A DNA stretch of 63,576 bases, counting the filler, from an uncultured Synergistales bacterium (GTDB lineage: Bacteria > Synergistota > Synergistia > Synergistales > Aminobacteriaceae): assembly GCA_937897575.1 (NCBI GenBank). It is 6 parts of 6 records of this genome, joined end to end, with 100 filler letters (N's around TTAATTAATTAA, not from the genome) between each part and the next. Parts side by side here need not be neighbours in the genome. Positions count along the whole stretch, not along the records: positions 54,955 to 61,467 come from CALCQG010000126.1; positions 61,568 to 63,576 come from CALCQG010000131.1; 4 more parts are not named here. One strand, written 5' to 3'. The notes below the pieces were generated by a model, which searched no databases, was not told the DNA's origin, and saw only the letters and a list, made by a program, of their open reading frames with translations. The translations under genes were made by a program, and so were the position numbers. This document shows, piece after piece, positions 58,530 through 63,576 of this stretch (within the stretch, counting starts at the first letter, position 1; every line of letters starts with the position of its first letter).

Positions 58530-59644
58530 GACCGTCGAAGCGTCCTTTCGAAGAACGCCCAGTACTCCCGGGCGATTGTCGAGGCGTTGTACCGCCCGTG
58601 GAGGATATGGGCTTTCCGCTCCGCCTCCCCCGGGTCATAGGGTCTTCGCAGCGTGTCCGCCATGGCGGACGCCAGCACGTCGCTGCTCTCCGCGGGGGCG
58701 TAGTAGCCGCACAGCCCGGCGGTGACCTCCCTGTTGGCGGCAACGTCAGCCACCAGGACGGGAGCACCTTTGATCATCGCCTCCACGGCGGTCATGCCGA
58801 ACCCCTCGAAGAGGCTCGGATTCACGTAGAGGTCACAGGTCCTGTACAGCCGGTCCAGATCGTTGTCGGACAGAAAGCCGGGGAACTCCACCCGGCCGGA
58901 GAGCCTCGGGCGGCGCTCTACATACTCCATCAGAGAGGTCCCGTAGGACGAGGGACGGCCGACGAGGAACAGCCGGTGAGGAAAGACATCCAGAAGCTGT
59001 TCGAAGGCCTGGATCAGGGTCATGGTGTTCTTGTGGGGGAACTGGGTGTTCACTGCGAGGATCAGGGGCTCCTTGGGGGAAGGGACGGCTTCCGGGGAGA
59101 GGGCTATGGGGTTGTAGATGCGCACCACCTTGCGGGCGTACTGCGGGTAGAACTCTTTGATAGTGCCCGCATCGTAGTCCGATACGGCGATGATGGAGTC
59201 ACGGAACAGGAAGTCCGCCGCAAGGTACGCGTTTTTGCCCACCCGCCCCCTGAAGGAGAAGGAGTCCCTGCGAACCTTGGGCTGCAGGTCGTGAGGGATC
59301 ACCGCCGAAGGGACGGGAAGCCTCCGGAGACTCGTATTGTACGACGGGAAGAGGATGAACTCCGCCCCGGCGCCGAGAAGTTTCCCCGGGATTTCGAAGG
59401 TCCTGGCCCAGTTCCTCCTGACCAAAGGCGCGGGACGGCCGTCGCGCCCTCCCATCGCTATCGGAATTCTCCGGGCCGATGGCGCCGACGCCGCGAAGAG
59501 ACCCTCGGCCCTCGAGTCGCAGGCCACGATGAGGGAGCCCGATGCGCCTATCGCCTCGAAGCCCTTCAGGAGATTCAGGATCACCTGGTCCTTCCCGCCC
59601 TGGTGCACGGGTGTTATGAAGGTCCCGTCGATGCCGACCTTCAC
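58526..59644 (-). CDS. Glycosyltransferase family 4 (possible mannosyltransferase)
   Basis: PHDL, AVS, PHKN, PSLFEGFGMTAVEAM. Confidence 0.9.
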   Translation of the reverse strand: MKVGIDGTFITPVHQGGKDQVILNLLKGFEAIGASGSLIVACDSRAEGLFAASAPSARRIPIAMGGRDGRPAPLVRRNWARTFEIPGKLLGAGAEFILFPSYNTSLRRLPVPSAVIPHDLQPKVRRDSFSFRGRVGKNAYLAADFLFRDSIIAVSDYDAGTIKEFYPQYARKVVRIYNPIALSPEAVPSPKEPLILAVNTQFPHKNTMTLIQAFEQLLDVFPHRLFLVGRPSSYGTSLMEYVERRPRLSGRVEFPGFLSDNDLDRLYRTCDLYVNPSLFEGFGMTAVEAMIKGAPVLVADVAANREVTAGLCGYYAPAESSDVLASAMADTLRRPYDPGEAERKAHILHGRYNASTIAREYWAFFERTLRRS

Positions 59645-60834
59645 GGCCGCTCCTCCGTCACTTCCCGAAAGAGCTTCAGGTACAGACCGGCAATTCGCTC
59701 CGGAGCGTACTGTCTTCTTAGGGCACCGGCCACCTGTCGGCGTTTCTCTCGAGACGGCGGGTCCGCGAGAATTCCGGCGATGGCCTCGGCCAAGGCGTGT
59801 TCGTCCCGTGAGGGCTCGTAGGAGAACAGGAACCCCATAGTCGCCTCGGGCAAACTGGCCTCCCTGGTGGTGAGGACGGGAAGCTCGACCATGGCCGCCT
59901 CAACGGGCGTGCGGCCGAACCCCTCGAACAGGGAGGGCGAGACGAAGAGGTCGGCTCCGACGAACAGGCCGTTCCGCTCGTCGTCCGACAGGCCGCTCTC
60001 GAGGATCGTCACCCGTTCTCCCATCCCTTCGGCTGCGATGTACTGCTGCATCTCCGTCTCCTCCCGGACACCGCTTCTGTCCGCGCTCCCCAAAAGCACG
60101 AGGGAGTGGGGGATTCGATCGGACAGGAGGCGGAAGGCCTTCAGCAGGGTGATCGTATTCTTGTGGCGCCTCAAGGCGTTGACGCACAGAATGTAGGGCT
60201 TACGCACCTCCGGCGGAACAAAGGGCCGAATGTCGGCCCGTTCGGGCATGGCCATGGCGTTGGGCACCACTACTACCCGGTCGGACAGTACATTGGGGAA
60301 ACAGGACAGAATATCGCTCCGCACGAACTGCGAGAGCGCCACCAGCCGGTCGGCCTTCGCGGCAAAGTGCTCGTGCCCCATCCCGGTTATCCATCGGACA
60401 AAGAGGGGAAGGGAGTCGCCGTAGTGGCGATAGAAGAGGTCATGGATCACCATGATGTTCGGAAGACCCGGGACGATCCGTGCGAACTTGTCGTTGAAGG
60501 GGTGGAGCAAAACTGCGGCCCCCGATTCCCGCACCGCCGGAGGGAGCTTTCGCTGGAAGAGGGAGCGAGCCTGGAGAATGCCCGCGCCTCGCACCCTTCG
60601 CCGCTCGAGAGCGCACAGGACGGGCGAGAGGCGCAATGCAACGACCTCCGCCCCGGGGAAGCGCCTCGACGCCAAGGGAGCAAAGTCCTCCCGCACGAAG
60701 AGCGTGCACTCACTCATCACACCCAGCCGTTCGAAACCGTCGAGGAGGTCCGTCGTGTGCTTTCCTATCCCCGTTGGCAGCCACCCCTCCGTCATGAACA
60801 GCAGGTTGATCCCGATCCTTTGCCCCATTTCCAT
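59641..60834 (-). CDS. Glycosyltransferase family 4 (possible mannosyltransferase)
   Basis: TGIG, IHDL, RHKN, PSLFEGFGRTPVEAA, SLPE; GGAGG RBS. Confidence 0.9.
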   Translation of the reverse strand: MEMGQRIGINLLFMTEGWLPTGIGKHTTDLLDGFERLGVMSECTLFVREDFAPLASRRFPGAEVVALRLSPVLCALERRRVRGAGILQARSLFQRKLPPAVRESGAAVLLHPFNDKFARIVPGLPNIMVIHDLFYRHYGDSLPLFVRWITGMGHEHFAAKADRLVALSQFVRSDILSCFPNVLSDRVVVVPNAMAMPERADIRPFVPPEVRKPYILCVNALRRHKNTITLLKAFRLLSDRIPHSLVLLGSADRSGVREETEMQQYIAAEGMGERVTILESGLSDDERNGLFVGADLFVSPSLFEGFGRTPVEAAMVELPVLTTREASLPEATMGFLFSYEPSRDEHALAEAIAGILADPPSREKRRQVAGALRRQYAPERIAGLYLKLFREVTEERP

Positions 60835-60961
60835 GGCGACCTCCCGAACGCGCTCCCCCGTCGCCCGGAGAAGTTCTCCCGGGGAGACCGCCGCGAACGA
60901 CGTGGTAGAAAAATATTCTCCATTATAGGATACTTGATTCTGCATGGGAGGAGGGGGGTAC

Positions 60962-61467
60962 ATGTCCGTCTATTCCGTTGTTCTTGCCGGGGGCAGGGGG
61001 TCCCGCCTGTGGCCCCTCTCCCGGGAGGAGCTGCCCAAACAGTTTCACACCCTACTGGGGCACCGGACGCTGTTGCAGCAGGCCCTGCTCCGGGCTGCCA
61101 AAGTCTCGGAGAGGAAGAAGATCGTCATCGTGACGGGGCAGCGCGACGGAGCCCTGGCCCTTCATCAGGCACGGCAGGTGCTGCCCGTGACGCGGGACGC
61201 ACTCCTGGAGGAACCCGTCGGACGGGGCACCGCCCCGGCCATCGCTCTGGCGCTCGCCTATCTTCTCGAACATGGGGGCACGGAGGACGATCTCGTCCTC
61301 GTCGCTCCAAGCGACCATCTCGTCACGGACGAAGAGGCCTTCGAACGGGCCGTGCGGCAGGGGTTCGCCCCGGCGTCCGAGGGCCATATCGTGACCTTCG
61401 GCATCCGCCCCGAGACGGCGAACACGGGGTTCGGCTATATCCGCTGCACACCCGGACAAGAGGGGTA
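60962..61467 (+). CDS. manC: Mannose-1-phosphate guanylyltransferase, 3' truncated
   Basis: LAGGRGSRLWPLSR..PKQF, EPVGRGTAPA, PSDH, TFGIRP, TGFGYI. Confidence 0.92.
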
Positions 61468-61567
61468 NNNNNNNNNNNNNNNNNNNNNNNNNNNNNNNNN
61501 NNNNNNNNNNNTTAATTAATTAANNNNNNNNNNNNNNNNNNNNNNNNNNNNNNNNNNNNNNNNNNNN
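61468..61567. other. Artificial contig linker
   Basis: N-run with TTAATTAATTAA. Confidence 0.97.
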
Positions 61568-61569
61568 CG

Positions 61570-62403
61570 GACTTCGCGCCGCTGATCGCCAACCCCATCA
61601 CCTTCCTGCTCGGCGCCGCGGCTCAGCTCGGCGTCTTCGTGGCCATCTTCGGCGCCATGGCCGCCGGCTTCTCCATACGGGAGGCGGCGTGCATCGGGAT
61701 CATCGGCGGTGCGGACGGTCCCACGGCCATCTACCTGACGATGAAGCTTGCGCCTCAGATTCTTGGGGCCATCGCCGTGGCGGCGTACAGCTACATGTCC
61801 CTGGTGCCGCTGATTCAGCCGCCGGTGATCAAGATGCTCACCACCAAGGCGGACCGGGCCATCCGCATGGACACCCTCCGCCCCGTGACGAAACTGGAGA
61901 AGGTTCTCTTCCCGATCATCTGCACCGTCATGTCCGGTCTGATCCTCCCCATGTCGGTTCCTCTGATCGGCGTGCTGATGTTCGGGAACCTGCTTCGGGA
62001 GAGCGGAGTGACGGAGCGTCTGAGCCTTGCGGCGCAGAACGAGATACTGAACACGACGACGATCTTCCTGGGTCTCTCTGTGGGCGCGACCATGAGCGCC
62101 GACAAGTTTTTGACCATGGGAACGATCAAGATCATCTTTTTGGGGCTTGTGGCCTTCATCTTCAGCACGGCGGGCGGCGTTCTGTTCGGCCAGCTGATGA
62201 AGAAGTGGAGCGGCGGCAAGATCAACCCGATGATCGGGTCGGCCGGGGTGTCGGCCGTACCGATGGCGGCGCGGGTGGTCCAGAGGGTGTGCCAGGAGGA
62301 GAACCCCGGGAACTTCCTTCTGATGCACGCCATGGGTCCGAACGTTGCCGGAGTCATCGGGACGGCTGTGGCGGCGGGGGTCATGCTCACACTCCTCAAC
62401 TAA
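61570..62403 (+). CDS. Sodium-translocating decarboxylase beta subunit, 5' truncated
   Basis: [49 protein letters not shown]. Confidence 0.93.
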   Translation, partial: DFAPLIANPITFLLGAAAQLGVFVAIFGAMAAGFSIREAACIGIIGGADGPTAIYLTMKLAPQILGAIAVAAYSYMSLVPLIQPPVIKMLTTKADRAIRMDTLRPVTKLEKVLFPIICTVMSGLILPMSVPLIGVLMFGNLLRESGVTERLSLAAQNEILNTTTIFLGLSVGATMSADKFLTMGTIKIIFLGLVAFIFSTAGGVLFGQLMKKWSGGKINPMIGSAGVSAVPMAARVVQRVCQEENPGNFLLMHAMGPNVAGVIGTAVAAGVMLTLLN

Positions 62404-62419
62404 AAGAACTGCTTGCGGC

Positions 62420-62454
62420 AAAGCCCCTCTCCGGGTCGGAGAGGGGCTTTTTTT
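62420..62454 (+). terminator. Rho-independent terminator
   Basis: AAAGCCCCTCTCCG-GGT-CGGAGAGGGGC followed by T7. Confidence 0.88.
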
Positions 62455-62530
62455 CGGGAAGGAGTACTGCCTTTCCCTGCGACAGGTGGTATTATAAACG
62501 CGGCACATCCATCCAGGGAGGGGACAGCCC

Positions 62531-63576
62531 ATGAAAATCGCGATCGGCTCCGACCACGCGGGGTATGAACTGAAGGCAACACTTCTGCGCCATCTTCAGG
62601 AGAAGGGCTTCGACGATGTCCTCGATATGGGAACGAATTCGGCCGCCCAACCCTGCGATTATCCCGACATCGCGTTCCGGGTCGCCGAAGGGGTTGCGCG
62701 GGGCAGGGCGGAACGGGGCATCCTGCTGTGCGGGACGGGGATAGGCATGTCCATCGCGGCCAACAAGGTCCCCGGCGTCTATGCGGCCCACTGCCACGAC
62801 GTGGAGTCCGCCCGGCTGAGCCGTGAGCACAACAACTCGAACGTGCTGACCATGGGGGCCCGGATCATTCCACCGAACCTGGCTGTCGCAATCGTCGATA
62901 CCTGGCTCGCGACGGCTTTCGAGGGCGGACGGCACACCCGGCGCCTCGCCAAGATCATGGACTTCGAGCAGAGGGTCTCTCCCGGGTGCGTGCTTTCGGA
63001 GAAGGGGAGGACGGTCATCTTCGACCACGCACTCATCCGGCACAAGGTCACCATGATCCGGAACAAAGACACGTCCGTCAAGGAGTTCCGCGAACTGGTC
63101 CAGGAAATAGCCGGCCTCATGGTCTACGAGATAACCCGTGACCTCCCCCTGGTGCAGGTCGACGTGGACACCCCCATCGAACGGACGAAGGGGTTCACCC
63201 TGGAGGGGAAGAAGCTGGCCATCATCCCCATTCTGAGGGCCGGGCTGGGCATGGTGGACGGAATTCTTCAGCTCGTGCCGAACGCCAAGGTCGGCCACAT
63301 CGGGCTCTACAGGGACCCCGAGACGCTGCTGCCCGTGGAGTACTACTGCAAACTCCCCGGCGACATCAGCGAACGGGACATCTACATCCTCGACCCCATG
63401 CTCGCCACGGGAGGGTCCGCAGCGGCCGCGATCCAGCTGGTCAAGGACAGAGGCGGACGGAAGATATCCCTCGTGAGCATCATCGCCGCCCCGGAGGGCG
63501 TTTCCAAGGTCCACGAGGACCATCCCGACGTGGACATCTACGCCGCAGCCCTCGACACCCGTCTGAACGATCACGG
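62531..63576 (+). CDS. upp: RpiB-Upp fusion (ribose-5-phosphate isomerase B + uracil phosphoribosyltransferase), runs off the window
   Basis: [32 protein letters not shown], then in frame without a stop [37 protein letters not shown]. Confidence 0.93.
   Translation, partial: MKIAIGSDHAGYELKATLLRHLQEKGFDDVLDMGTNSAAQPCDYPDIAFRVAEGVARGRAERGILLCGTGIGMSIAANKVPGVYAAHCHDVESARLSREHNNSNVLTMGARIIPPNLAVAIVDTWLATAFEGGRHTRRLAKIMDFEQRVSPGCVLSEKGRTVIFDHALIRHKVTMIRNKDTSVKEFRELVQEIAGLMVYEITRDLPLVQVDVDTPIERTKGFTLEGKKLAIIPILRAGLGMVDGILQLVPNAKVGHIGLYRDPETLLPVEYYCKLPGDISERDIYILDPMLATGGSAAAAIQLVKDRGGRKISLVSIIAAPEGVSKVHEDHPDVDIYAAALDTRLNDH

Overview
High-GC bacterial draft genome. Gene content and order suggest an anaerobic amino-acid fermenter, probably Synergistota (inference). 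The window is six contigs joined by 100-nt artificial linkers (N-TTAATTAATTAA-N at 24731-24830, 31916-32015, 46424-46523, 54855-54954, 61468-61567), so adjacency across these gaps is meaningless. Contig A (1-24730) is a housekeeping superoperon on the minus strand: mtnA-ahcY-mtaD-alaS-ruvX-mutS-mutL-miaA-ispH-rpsA-def-fmt-ATPase-4-subunit 2-oxoacid:ferredoxin oxidoreductase-NUDIX-xerD-PNP-pdp-M23-EEP. Contig B has an arsR-arsM-arsC operon, with an in-frame UGA at a conserved ArsM Cys plus a SECIS-like hairpin, and a TolC/MacAB-type exporter. Contig C has an SbcD-like/SMC-like pair, PDZ and RHH proteins, a parS site, an Fnr-like/ric pair, and an IclR-linked amidohydrolase-M20-panB-yhdT-panF-iclR-panE cluster lacking panC/panD (candidate pantothenate catabolism). 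Contig D has partial carA, a ProX-like editing protein, a split YeeE/YedE pair with a second UGA/SECIS, a frameshifted membrane GrpE-like gene coupled to an atypical membrane-anchored Hsp70, and a glycyl radical enzyme with an unusual CGCVVP Cys loop. Contig E is a polysaccharide locus. Contig F has a Na+-decarboxylase beta subunit and an RpiB-Upp fusion that the ORF track missed. No rRNA, tRNA, CRISPR array or intact IS element was seen.
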